This document shows positions 1-11,983 of a stretch of 64,000 nt of DNA, piece after piece (the first letter of the stretch is position 1; each line of letters starts with the position of its first letter). The notes under the pieces are model-generated. The model did no database searches and was not told the DNA's origin. It saw nothing but the letters and a program-made list of their open reading frames with translations. The stretch comes from Octopus vulgaris (lineage: Eukaryota). The translations under genes and the position numbers were made by a program. Location: contig OX597823.1 of assembly GCA_951406725.2 (NCBI GenBank), forward strand, positions 81,592,001 to 81,656,000, read 5' to 3'.

Positions 1-509
1 TTAGTGTGTTGTGAGTCTCCTCTTTAGCAACATACCAACAACTCCAGGCATGTTTTGGTCTTATCAGACCTCACTAGCAAAACATAGTTTAACTATGGCT
101 GTTTGATTTTAGAATGACTTACGATATACAGAACCATTGTGAACGAACACACAGCAGCATTATAAATTAAAAGAATAGTTTTAAAAAAAATACCCAGACT
201 TTGGCAATTGTCCATAAAATAGCTGAAGTTATTATAAGAGAGTCTTAAAATAATTCTGAAGAAGTTCAGTTATTTACATTTTAGCTCCTCCCACTGATGC
301 ATATATTTACCTCATCTTTTGATAATGTATCTACAAATACTCCTCAAATAAAATACTTTTCTTATTTCATGAAAGATATATTGTTTACATTAAAATGGAA
401 GAAACACACTAAGACATCTCCTAAAGATGGGGTAGTTGAAAGTTCAAGTTTTTACTAATCTTAGATCTTGTTTTCTTGCTACTAACATCTTTCATTGTAT
501 GATACTATT

Positions 510-531
510 TTATATATATATGTGTGTGTGC

Positions 532-566
<35 letters not shown>

Positions 567-705
567 CATATAATATATATATATGTGTGTGTATATATAT
601 ATATGTGTGTGTATATATATATATATATATATAAATACATATAATATATATATATATGTGTGTATATATATATATATAAATACATATATATATATATATA
701 TTATA

Positions 706-775
<70 letters not shown>

Positions 776-781
776 CATATA

Positions 782-812
<31 letters not shown>

Positions 813-825
813 CATATATATATAG
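510..825. repeat. Compound (TA)n/(TG)n microsatellite
   Basis: Direct reading; recurring TAAATACATATAAT interruptions. Confidence 0.95.
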
Positions 826-1012
826 AAATTAAATAAGGGTAGAAATTGATATTAATCAATTAAAACCAGTGGCCTAGTATATTTTTAAAAAATTGGAAGA
901 TTAAAAATTTTTTTACACACAAAATTTAGAGGACTGACCACTAAAAGTGGACAGTCTATATGCTAGATGTAGACGTCAAATCACCACTTTTAGTGGTCAG
1001 TCCTCTAAATTT

Positions 1013-1015
<3 letters not shown>
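826..1015. mobile_element. Short (TA)n-flanked element with a perfect 32-bp inverted repeat (fold-back, Penelope-like remnant)
   Basis: 919-950 ACAAAATTTAGAGGACTGACCACTAAAAGTGG is the exact reverse complement of 984-1015; (TA)n on both sides. The Penelope assignment is by architecture only. Confidence 0.55.
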
Positions 1016-1046
<31 letters not shown>

Positions 1047-1134
1047 CATACTTATATGGTAACTGCTGCATTTGTTGAGTATATAAGCAGTTAGGCTGCT
1101 TATTTCTCTGAAGACTACCAGAATGATGTAGATG

Positions 1135-1175
1135 CCTCTGATGAGAACCCAATAAGGTTAAAAAATCGATTAAGG
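1135..1175 (+). ncRNA. Degenerate minimal type I hammerhead ribozyme motif
   Basis: cct-CTGATGA-gaacc-caataa-ggtt-a-aaaa-atcgat-TA-agg. Stem I cct/agg, stem II aacc/ggtt, palindromic stem III; the expected CGAAA reads AAAAA. Confidence 0.4.
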
Positions 1176-1403
1176 TTGTTCATCGTTTTTTCAATCAGCA
1201 GAGAAATGGCTAAAATTTGCCCTGTTTATAATTATACCACATGTTACATATATATGTGTGTGTGTGTAAACTCAACTCAACAAGAGATTTCTCAGACATC
1301 TATCTCACAATCTGTGATAAGATGTTAATAAGGTCATCATTTTTCAAAATATTAACCGCACCTTTAGAGTTGAAGTTAAAAAAAATTTTCATTATTTATT
1401 TAC

Positions 1404-1440
<37 letters not shown>

Positions 1441-1454
1441 CATTATTATTATTA

Positions 1455-1857
1455 TCAGCATGCCAGACAAAATGCTTAGTGACATTTCATCTGTCGTTAC
1501 TATGTGAGTTCAAATTCCACCAAGGTTGACTTTGCCTTTCATTCTGTCAGGGTTGATAAAATCAAATACAGTTAAGTACTCAAAATTTTTAGGCCTTGTG
1601 CCTACAGTAGAAAGAATTTTATTATTATTATTAAGGCAGCAGGCTGAAGAATCTTTGCCACATCAGACAAAGTGCTTAGCAGCATTTCTTTCAGCTCTTC
1701 ATGTTCCAAGTTCAAATACTGCTGAGGTTGACTTTAACTTTCATCCTTTTGGGGGTTGATAAAATAAGTACCAGTTAAGGACTGGGGTTGATGTAATCAA
1801 CTTATCCCCTCCCCTGAAATTGCTGGCCTTGTGCCAAAATTTGAAATCATTATTAAT

Positions 1858-1888
<31 letters not shown>

Positions 1889-2325
1889 AGGAAGTGTGCT
1901 GGCAGGATTGTTAACACACGGGGCAAAATGCTTAGTGGCATCTCATCTATCTTTATGTTCTGAGTTCAAATTCTGCTGAGGTCAACTTTACCTTTCATCC
2001 CTTTGGGGTCAATAAATTAAGTCCCAGAGAAATCTTGGGGTCGATGTAATTGACTAGTCCCCTCTCCCAAAATCTCAGGCCTTGTGCCTTTAGTAGAAAT
2101 GGTTATTATTATTATTAAGATGGCAAGCTGGCAGAATTTAAGAGTGTTGATGAAAAATGTTTTGCAGTATTCCTTCTAACTCACGTTCTGAGTTCAAATT
2201 CTGTTAAAGATGACTTTGCCTTTCATCATTTTATGGTTAATGAAATAATTACCATTTGAACACTGGGGATCGATGTAACCAACTTTCCCCTTCCCTCAAA
2301 ACTGTTGGTTTCATGCCTAATTAGA
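1455..2325 (+). mobile_element. Four head-to-tail copies of SINE family A separated by (ATT)n tails
   Basis: Repeated GAGTTCAAAT (B-box-like) ... GACTTTGCCTTTCATCC ... AAGTACCAG ... GGCCTTGTGCC blocks starting near 1455, 1634, 1889 and 2119. Confidence 0.85.
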
Positions 2326-2328
2326 AAA

Positions 2329-2375
<47 letters not shown>

Positions 2376-2475
2376 TAATAATTTTTTAATGAATATTTAG
2401 CAGAAGCAACAGACTGACTCATATTTAGGAGTTCTGTTTTTCCTGTTTGCATCACACACACACACATAATTGTGA

Positions 2476-2770
2476 AGGCACATGGCTCAGTGGTTAGAGT
2501 GTTGGGCTCACAATCATGAGATAGTGAGTTCAATTCCCAGACCGGGCTGTGTGTTGTGTTCTAGAGCAAGACACTTCATTTCATGTTGCTCCACTTCACT
2601 CAGCTGTAGAAATGAGTTCCGAAGTCACTGGTGCCAAGCTGTATTGACCTTTACCTTTCCCTTGGATAACATTGGTGGCATGGAGAGGGGAGCCTGGTAT
2701 GCATGGGCGACTGCTGGTCTTCCATAAACAAACTTTCCCTGATTGTGCCTCAGAGGGGATCTTTCTAGGT
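2476..2770 (+). mobile_element. tRNA-derived SINE family C
   Basis: A-box TGGCTCAGTGG and B-box GAGTTCAATTCC; related copies at 7055-7325 (+), 21125-21330 (-) and 21755-22000 (+). Confidence 0.75.
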
Positions 2771-3091
2771 GCAGTCTTTATGTTCTGGGTTCAAATCCTG
2801 CTGAGACCGACTTTGCCTTTCATCCCTTTGAGGTCAATAAATTAAGTACCAGCGAAATCTTGGTGTTGATGTAATTGACTAGTCCCCTCTCCCAAAATTT
2901 CAGGCCTTGTGCTTTTAGTAGAAAAGGATATTATTATTAAGTTTTTCGTGACTGAAAGGGGTCTTTACTTTACCCAAATATGTATTAAGATTACACTTAG
3001 GCAATGCAATCTTAATAACCTGGTGTAGAACTCAGTCTACATATGCTTTTGAACAAAGCACTAGTTGAGTATGGAACGATAATAAGATAGA

Positions 3092-3334
3092 AGAGATGAC
3101 AAGGTAATATAACAGTTATCCTATGAACTTCATTAGCTTACAGGTGTTTTCACTATAAGATGTGGTGGACACATAGTTGAGTAACACCTTACAGCTTCAT
3201 CAGAGCCTCAGGCTGTGGTGAAGCTGTAAGTAGTTACTTAGGCACTCAACTATGAGTCTATCACATCTTGTAGCAGAAACAGCAGTAAGCTAATGCAATT
3301 CATAAGATAACCGTTTTACTCCTTTGTCAACTCT
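3092..3334. mobile_element. About 240-bp imperfect palindrome with mirrored hammerhead-like motifs (inverted Penelope pseudo-LTR pair)
   Basis: Arms pair around 3208-3210. The minus strand reads ggct-CTGATGA-agctgtaag...cttatagt-GAAA-acacctg-TA-agct; the plus arm is the decayed mirror copy. Confidence 0.65.
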
Positions 3335-3866
3335 TTTTCCTTATATACACACACATGCATAAATATTTGCATGTATATATAAACCCTAGTATAAGTATAT
3401 GTATATATAAAATCTGGTATAATGGCAACTGAAGATCAAATCAATGGAAACATAATGTAGATGGAATTATTTGAAAAGTGTTCTTCTCTAAAAATGAAGT
3501 TAACAGTCTTGAAAATTACTATCTTATCTATATAACTTAATAAACATTAAAAAAAATATTCTTCTAAGTTCTATATCTGTGTATACACACACACTCACAC
3601 ACATGCATTAATACGCCACACATGTATGTATACACTTTCCTATTTCTTTATGTATTCAGTTATTTACTGATATTAATTGAAACTACTTTTTTTTTCTATT
3701 TCTAACATTTGTCAAAAACAAAAAAAATATGTATGATACTGCTGAAAAAATATTTTTTCTATGAACTGTAAATAAATATTGTGGCTCAAATTTTCAACAC
3801 TTCCTACTTTTTTTTCCTACTTAGTAAGAGTCTTGGAGCAAATGGTACTGTATATATTCAAAAATA

Positions 3867-4030
3867 GGCACAAGCATGGCTGTGTGGTAGGAAGCTTGCT
3901 TCCCAACTATATGGTTCCAGGTTCAGTTCCACTGTGTGGCACCTTGGGCAAGTATCTTCTGCTATAGCCTCAGGCCAACTAAAGCATTGTGAATGGATTT
4001 GGCAGATGGATAACTGAAAGAAACCCATTG
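3867..4030 (+). mobile_element. tRNA-derived SINE family B, 5' half
   Basis: TGGCTGTGTGG A-box, GGTTCAGTTCC B-box, CACCTTGGGCAAGT core; the 3' half lies at about 4510-4700. Confidence 0.85.
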
Positions 4031-4048
4031 TATATATATATGTGCATA

Positions 4049-4109
<61 letters not shown>

Positions 4110-4500
4110 CAAATTTACAGTAAATAAAAGATGAAGACAGGTGTAGGAACAACAAACAGGTGTATTAGTTTATCAGTTGGGAAAACCGGAAAAGTCTTTT
4201 ATGTTTTGAGCCTACGCTCTTCAACAGAAAGGATTAAGAGGAAAAAAATGTGCAGAGTTTAACACTCCAACGTGGCAAGATGACTGGAAAAAAGAGGTTG
4301 AGTGAAAGGGAGATAATAATAATAATGTTAAAGGTATTGGTTACCCCCAACAAACTAAGATGCTCAAACGTGTATGTAAGAATGGTGTGTGTGTGTGTGT
4401 ATGTGTGAATGGAGGCAAGTGAGTCTGACGTGTGTGTTTTGTGTGTAGCAGTTGATGTGTACTTGTTCAGGTGGTGTATGCAAATGTGTATGTGTGTGTC
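4110..4500 (-). mobile_element. Hammerhead-bearing Penelope-like terminal repeat inserted in the internal microsatellite of SINE B
   Basis: Minus strand 4196-4231 cttt-CTGTTGA-a-gagc-gtag-gctc-aAAA-ca-TA-aaag; homologous to 27960-28120; ends in (TA)n. Confidence 0.65.
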
Positions 4501-4859
4501 TGATTCACACACACATGTGTGTCTGTTTGTCCCCAACCCACTGCTTGACAACTTGTGCTGGTATGTATGTCCCTGTAACTTAGCAGTTCAGTAAAAGTGT
4601 CTGATAAAGTTAGTACTGGGGTCAATACAGTCGACTAAAATTCTTGAAGGCAGTGCCCCAGCATGGCCACAGTTTAATGACTGAAACAAGACAAACAATT
4701 AATAATTTACAGTTGTTACTAAATAAAAGTGAAAGAATGGTGCACACATCCAATACAATTTACATACTGAATCATGTAGTTGGCTTGAAATTCAGTGCGT
4801 ATGGCCAATACTGATGTCATGTACCAGACACCCATGACAGTGGCACGCAAAGAGCCCCC

Positions 4860-5595
4860 TTTGAATGTGGGGCTTCATGGAAGCCATGATAAGTGACTGA
4901 GACCTTTGGCAATATGCCAAGTGAAAGTATACTTGTGGCTGATGCTGGTGTCATGTAAATAGCATCCATACTCATGACACATAAAAAGCACCCATTACAC
5001 TCTGTAAAATGGTAGGTGTTAGAAAGGGCATCCAACCATAGAAACCATGCCAAATCAGATTGGAATCTGATTAAGGCAATGAGCTGGCAGAATCGTTAGC
5101 ACACCGGGTGAAATGCTAAGCGGTATTTCATCTGCTGTTATGATCTGAGTTCAAATTTCACCGAGGTCGACTTTGCCTTTCATCCTTTCGGGGTCGATCA
5201 AATAAGTACCAGTTGCATACTGGGGTCGATGTAATCGACTTAATCCGTTTGTCTGTCCTTGTTTGTCCCCTCTGTGTGTAGCCCCTTGTGGGCAGTAAAG
5301 AGATAGGTATTTCGTCTGCCATTACGTTCTGAGTTCAAATTCCTCTGAGGTAGACTTTGCTTTTATAACATTTTGGGGTCAATAAATTAAGTACCAGTTG
5401 CATACTGGGGTCGATGTAATCGACTTAATCCCTTTGTCTGTCCTTGTTTGTCCCCTCTATGTTTAACCCCTTGTGGGCAATAAAGAAATGAAAAATCTGA
5501 TTGGAACCTGGTACAGCTCTCCAGCTTATCAGTTTCAGTCAAACTGTCCAACCCCTGCCAGCATGGAAAGCAGATGTTAAATGACGATGATGATG
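4860..5595 (+). mobile_element. RTE LINE 3' end interrupted by two SINE A copies (5075-5490)
   Basis: AAAAAGCACCC...GGGCATCCA...CCAGCATGGAAAGCAGATGTTAAATGACGATG tail; target duplication AAATC(A/T)GATTGG at 5052 and 5493. Confidence 0.8.
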
Positions 5596-5969
5596 ACATT
5601 AACACATACAAGTACACCAGCAAATAATTGGGTTTCAATGGTGAGTTGGTTAAGTAATTATGCAATGAGTATGAATATTGACAGTGTAAACAAATACATA
5701 TTGATGATGTCAGATGCAAAACCAAATATGCCTGCCATAGCGGAATTCAATTCTGCCACCAAACAAACATGCCAATGCTGATATGGAGTCTCATGAATTT
5801 ATGAGACTAGATGTGGGTCAGGCTGTGTCATTGAGATGCTTTCTTCCTAATCACATGGTTTTGGGTTCAGTCCTACAGTGTCTTCTGCAATAATCCTGGG
5901 CTGACCAAAGCCTTGTGTGTATATTTCACATCAAGAAATGCTTTGCTTGATCTTAACTAAGAACTATTC

Positions 5970-6178
5970 ATTAGCACACCAGGCAAAATGCTTAGCAGTA
6001 TTTCGTCAGCCGCTATGTTCTGAGTTCAAATTCCGCTGAGATCTACTTTGCCTTTCATCCTTTCGGGGTCGATAAATTAAGTACCAGTTATGCACTGGGG
6101 TCGATGTAACCGACTTAATCTCTTTGTCCTTGTTTGTCCCCTCTATGTTTAGCCCCTTGTGGGCAATAAAGAAATAAG
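5970..6178 (+). mobile_element. 5'-truncated SINE A with target-site duplication
   Basis: TAAGAACTATTC at 5958-5969 and 6175-6186. Confidence 0.85.
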
Positions 6179-6186
6179 AACTATTC

Positions 6187-6450
6187 CCGTGATTTTGTCA
6201 CTGGGTACCCCATCTTTGCACAAACCTGAACTGCATCTTGTCTCAACTAATTCTCTCCCTAAATAGTTGTGGTATAACTCCTGTTACTTTCATGAATTGG
6301 CCATCAGCTTGATGTCTCTACTGTCACGTCTTACAGAACCAGCACATGCTTCTGTAGCCGTTGATGATGATACTGCTATACCAGTCATTACATACAACAT
6401 ATCTTTGTATTAATTCATTGATAATGCAAGTAACTAGTACATATTCTGTT
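6187..6450 (-). pseudogene. Old, decayed RTE reverse-transcriptase fragment
   Basis: Minus strand resembles 28155-28250 (ATGAAAGTAACAGGAG..., ATGCAGTTCAGGTTTGTG versus ATGCAGTTTGGTTTCATG). Confidence 0.55.
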
Positions 6451-7910
6451 TATTAGAATATTTTCAGTGAGACGGCATCAGCCCTTGATGGGCTATTAGT
6501 CTTCCAAGTCTTCATATCCTTAATTGTGCTTTTGTGGATATTTCTTGATAAAGATGATAAAGGCGTTGGACAGCCAAGGAACTGGAATAAAATACTAATT
6601 ACCCATGTACAAGGAGTAAATAAGAGTCTGCATGATATGTGTGCAAGTATGCAAGTGAGTCTGTGAGTTGTATGTGACAGCTGCAAGTGGGATATGAATA
6701 TGAGTGCACAATGCCAATAGGTCATACAAGACGTACTTTGATATGAGTAAGATTGTAAAAAATAAATATGGTGGAAGCTGCCGTGCAAAGAAGTCTGGAG
6801 AATGGTGAGTTGAACAATGACAGTGTTTCACATAACTATATATATATAGTTTGTTATTGAGTTAGTATGTGATCTAAATGAATACTAAATTAAGGTTAAA
6901 AGTGAAGACTACAGATGACAAATAACCCATTGCTTTTCAACTGCATGACTAAGTTAATGTATGAATTGTGCATGCATTCATGTAAATATGTATGCATGCA
7001 TATATGTATGTATGTATGTAAAATAAGCTAATACTGAATCCCTAATTCCATTCAGGTTGAGGGATTGCAGGTTCGAATCTCAGACCGGGTGATGTATGTG
7101 TTTATGAGTGAAACACCTAAGCTCCATGTGGTTCTGGCAGAAGGTAATGGCGAACTTTTGCTGGGTCCTTTTGCCACAACTTTCTCTAGCTCTTTCCTCC
7201 TGCATCTTGCAACTCACCTGTGACAGGCCAGTGTCCCATCTAGGTGGGGAAACTATACACCAATGAAGCCAGGAAACCAGCTCTTATGAGCCAGGCATAG
7301 CTCGTGAATGAACAATCAAAACAAACAAATTCCATTCAGGAGAAAATAATACAAAGAAATACATCATTGGCTGGTAAACGAGAAAAATATGTTTAAAACA
7401 GATAAAAAGTTGAAATATTTAATTTATAATTCAAAGTAAAACTAACCAAGAAACTGTTCCATTGTTGGGAAAAATTAGCAGAATATAAGAAAAAAGTGTT
7501 AGTTTACAACTTCCTGTATGATTAGTGGTTGTTGTATTACAGTTATATTTTCTTGTTTTTATTTTTTTGTTGAAGCAAAGCAGTATGGAACTGGTACTTG
7601 GTCTCAAACTGTTCAAAACAAAGAAATCAACAACTAAAGGAAGATAGCTTTAACCTGAACCAGCCATATCCAGCCCAAGTATTCTGTTTATTTTATTTTC
7701 AAACGGACCAGATCTGGCTTTTCACACATACCATACAATGTCGTTCTAAAGAAAAAAAAAATTACATCAAAATTTCAAAGCTACAAGATAATGCCTAATT
7801 AATTAAAATGAATAAATAAATATTACATAAGACTGCTAAAGATTGAAGCTGATTAGTCATTCGGAGCAACTGACATAACTAGTGTTACTGTAGACATGGC
7901 TACATGTATA

Positions 7911-8306
7911 CTCTTTTACTTGTTTCAGTCATTTGACTGTGGCCATGCTGGAGCACCACCTTTACTTGAGCAAATTGACCCCAGGACTTATTCGTTGTAA
8001 GCCTAGTACTTATTCTATCTATCTCTTTTGATGAGCCACTAAGTTACAGGGACGTAAACACACCAGCATCGGTTGTCAAGCGATGTTGGGGCAACAAATA
8101 CAGACATATACACTCACATACATATATATATATATAAATATATACGGCGGGCTTCTTTCAGTTTCCATCTACCAAATCCACTCACAAGGCTTTGGTCGAC
8201 CCAAGGCTATAGTAGAAGATACTTGCCCAAGGTACCATGCAGTGGGACTGAACCCAGAACCATGTGGTTTGTAAGCAAGCTACTTATCACAACAGCCACT
8301 CCTACG
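7911..8306 (-). mobile_element. Full-length SINE B with internal (TA) microsatellite
   Basis: Reverse complement of 48154-48578 and 51560-51951. Confidence 0.9.
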
Positions 8307-8658
8307 TCTATGACATGAACATGTTGAAAATTATATTGTCATTATGCGAAACAAAACTTGTTTCATTGTCTAAAATAAAATTTCTCAAGATGGGAGCATA
8401 TGCCCCCATTAACCAGTGAGGAGTAGACCTTCAAAATGGGGAATAAGTAAGTGGCAAGGAAATAAAACTTGCAACAGAGTTTCATTTATAAAATTCTTTT
8501 GAATGTTCTATACAAACATTGTCCATTCATGGCCATGTGCTCATTTTTTTTGGAAAATCAAAATTGGGAATTGGGCAAAAAATGTTGAGAAACATTGATC
8601 TATAAATATGTAAACACATTGAAATCATGGAAGATATCTGTTCATTAAGATATCTGAA

Positions 8659-8874
8659 GGCGGCGAGCTGGCAGAATTGTTAGCACGCCAGGCGAAATGC
8701 ATAGCCGTATTTCGTCTGCCGTTACATTCTGAGTTCAAATTCCACCTTTCATCTTTTCGGGGTCAATAAATTAAGTACCAGTTATGCACTGGGGTCTATG
8801 TAATCGACTTAATCCGTTTGTCTGTCCTTGTTTGTCCCCTCTATGTTTTAGACCCTTGTGGGTAATAAAGAAAC
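8659..8874 (+). mobile_element. Full-length SINE A with 15-bp target-site duplication
   Basis: Head GGCGGCGAGCTGGCAGAA; AGATATCTGTTCATT at 8632-8646 and 8875-8889. Confidence 0.9.
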
Positions 8875-10160
8875 AGATATCTGTTCATTTACGAAAATTT
8901 ACATTTGTTTAAAACTTAATGGGTTGCCAATGCAAGAAATTAAACATAAATTTTCATTTTGTTTCTCAAATACTAAGAAAACAAGATTTTGAGGCATCTT
9001 GTTTTCAATAAATTAATGACAATAATTTCTCTCTCCCTTTCCCCTATAAGATGTGAGTAGCCATGCAGTTTCCTCTACGGGAACCTGCTCTTCTCAACTC
9101 CTCATAGTAATCTTCTTGTTTTCTGGTGTGGAGCTTTTCCCACCTCCCCAGATTTCATAGCCCCGCAAACTGCACGATAACCTCAATGGTGGAAGTGGTA
9201 TGAAAAAAGCATGCAGTCCATGCTGTAAAGTGGTTGGTGATAAGAAGGGCATCCAACTGTAAAAACCTTGCCAAAGGAGTCATTGAAGCTTGATGCAGGC
9301 CTTGGAAGCATCGGATCTTGTCAAACCATCCAACCCTTGCTAGTATGGAACAGAGATGTTAAATGATGGCAACAACGAATTTGTGGTTTGAGAATACAAA
9401 TTGGAATGGGACAGAATTCAGACGTGGACAATTTTATATTTGAATTTACAAAATTAGTCGAGGTGAATGTGTTTGTGAAAATTTATACTGATAATATAAT
9501 TTGATCACTCATATTGAAGAAATATGTTATGGAAAATGAACATAGATATTTTTATGTTTTCATGTCTATGGATTAATTTGCAATGCAGAATCAGATAAAA
9601 GGCCATCAGCAAAAAGAAAGATCAGGTAAATGTACATAGTTAAACTGGGAGATGTAATCTGTCAGAAGATAACCGCCAGGAAAAAGAAAATGAAATAGAA
9701 CAAAGGAAAAGCCTACACATATTTGCTGCCAGAATGAAAATCAAAAGAAGAGATGCTACTTAACTATTGTTGAGAAAATGTGCTAAGCAAGAATTAGATA
9801 ATAAACTATGAACATCTTGACTTCTCTTTAAATGGCTTAAAGGTGGATCATCGACGACTTGCATATTTCTGATTGGCTAAAATTTCTGATTGACTAAAAT
9901 CTGTGAAAGGTTAACTTGTTTGATTGGCTAAAATTTCCAATTGAACCAAAATTCATGGTTTGTTTAAATGACACTTGGAACAAAAGTGAATCAAAATCAT
10001 GCCACTACATACATAAGCAAGACAATTATTGAGAGTGCTCAATGGCTTCGCAAGTTGTTGGTGCTACAACTTTATGTCTATGTGAAATAAACAAATGCTA
10101 AGAATGGATCAAACACATGCAATATAAATAAGACAGAATATTTACCACATATTAATTCAT

Positions 10161-10205
10161 TGGACATCTTGCTGTTTTAGTGACTCTTCACCTCATCAGC
10201 TGCTG
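10161..10205 (-). ncRNA. Decayed hammerhead-like motif
   Basis: Minus strand CTGATGA-ggtga-agag-tcact-aAAA-cagcaagatg-TC; stem II good, CGAAA reads TAAAA, stem I poor. Confidence 0.25.
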
Positions 10206-10501
10206 TTGAACTAAAAACAAATATTTTTTACCTAGACAATTTTTAACAATTGATAACCATTCTTCTGTTTGCTCATTGCTGAAGCCTACTTTTCTTTATA
10301 ATTCTGTTGATTCAAGGCCTCAGGTGGTATGAATTCCAAAAGGTTCTTCAGTCCCTTGGGTTACAGGAAATTTAAGTATCATCCCATATTTTTAAGTACT
10401 ATATGAAGTCTGTCATATATGTGTACACCTCATATATGTGTGTTCAACTTTATCTATATCACCCGAGCTGTTTCTAATTAATATTTGAATTTTTTTTCTA
10501 G

Positions 10502-10596
10502 GGCATGACATATTCAGACATGCCAGTAGATGGTTCTTAAACCATTTAGCATATAGTCATAGCCAGTTGGACAGCTCACAGCAAACTCCATGCTCG
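10502..10596 (+). CDS. Candidate 95-nt internal exon, copy 1 (xHDIFRHASRWFLNHLAYSHSQLDSSQQTPCS)
   Basis: T-rich acceptor TTTTTTTTCTAG, donor G|GTAGGT, one open frame (phase 1 to 0). Product not recognised. Confidence 0.35.
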
Positions 10597-11552
10597 GTAG
10601 GTGGCATTGAGAAACAACAACAATAATGAAATATTGATGTCTATCGCTCTGAAAAAAAGCATTTAGCTCTATTGGATCCTCTCTTCTTCACCAATGTACA
10701 CATAGTCACTGATTTTAATGTGCCTTTCTGTAGTATAGAGTAATGCAGATTTACTACAAATATCTACTTCATGAGATTGATGCTATATCTTAGCCAAAAT
10801 CAATATTAACAAGAGAAAGAAAGCTAGCAATGGACAAACAGTAGTACAGTTATTAGTTGGTTTAAGAGCATTAGAAATAAAACTATACTAAATTTATACA
10901 GTTTATTATAGATTTTTACTTTTCAGTATCCAGATTATTCCTAGATAAGGCTATTGAATTCACTTGAGGATATACTTTGTTAGATGAAACAAATTTAGAA
11001 ATAATTATTCAAACCTTACTCTTTGATAAGGACACAGTCTAGATCAAAGAAGTTGGAGCTTGTGGGCCTATTTGAAGCCTGGATGAAATTTTATGACAGT
11101 GTGCACATATGAGATCTGGTTAGCCTATATATGTGTTGGATATACAAAAGAATAGATTTATGGATTCTTTTTCAAGGATGACAGGCTAACATTGTCACAG
11201 TCTGGCAATGGTTATACAATAAATTCTTTGAGAAATAATTTGTTTAGCTCCTTCAGTAGTCTGGGATTAAAAATAACTGTATCTATCAATTACAGTATTG
11301 TTGACATTTTAGATATCACATTTAGAAAATGATATGGCTGTGTGGTAAAGTGTGCTTCTCAACCACATGCATCTGTGTTCAGTCCCACTGTGTGACACCT
11401 TGGACAAGTATCTCTTAGCCTTGTGATTAGATTTGGTAAACAGAAGCTGAAAGAAGTCTGTCATATATATGTGTACACCTCATATATGTGTGTGTTCAAC
11501 TTTATCTATATCCTTCGAGCTGCTTCTAATTAATATTTGAATTTTTTTCTAG

Positions 11553-11647
11553 GGCATGGCATATTCAGATATGCCAGCAGATGGTTCTTAAATCATTTAG
11601 CATATAGTCATAGCCAGTTGGACAGCTCACAGCAAGCCCCATGCTTG
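11553..11647 (+). CDS. Candidate 95-nt internal exon, copy 2 (xHGIFRYASRWFLNHLAYSHSQLDSSQQAPCL)
   Basis: Same splice signals and open frame as copy 1. Confidence 0.35.
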
Positions 11648-11890
11648 GTAGGTGGCATTGAAAAACCACAACAATAATGAAATATTGATGTCTGTCGCTC
11701 TGAAAAAAAGGGATCTGATATGAGTTGTCTCACTTGGCTATGACCTGGTTTCAGGTGTTTTTACACCAAGGGAATTTCGATTATATTCTCTTATGGCTCA
11801 AAAATGCAGCTGCCCAACAAACTAACACACACACCTTGTGTATGTGTGTCCGACTTTGTTCATATACATAGAGCTACTTCTAATTCATAT

Positions 11891-11960
<70 letters not shown>

Positions 11961-11983
11961 ATATATCCCAAGCAACAACATCA

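Larger units (their letters stand above)
10405..11710 (+). repeat. Local direct duplication of about 255 bp (10405-10659 and 11453-11710)
   Basis: Collinear and highly similar by eye; a further partial copy at about 11838-11895 and an inverted copy at 12872-12974. Confidence 0.95.

Noticed and set aside
482-825. YI/CV/HT-repeat ORFs here and throughout the window
   Set aside because: Translations of (TA)n, (TG)n and (TATG)n microsatellites.
2476-2560. tRNA gene
   Set aside because: A and B boxes are present but there is no convincing cloverleaf and it continues into a SINE body; the same applies to SINE A and B heads.
3425-3465. Hammerhead-like CTGAAGA...GAAACATAATGTA
   Set aside because: Neither stem I nor stem II pairs.
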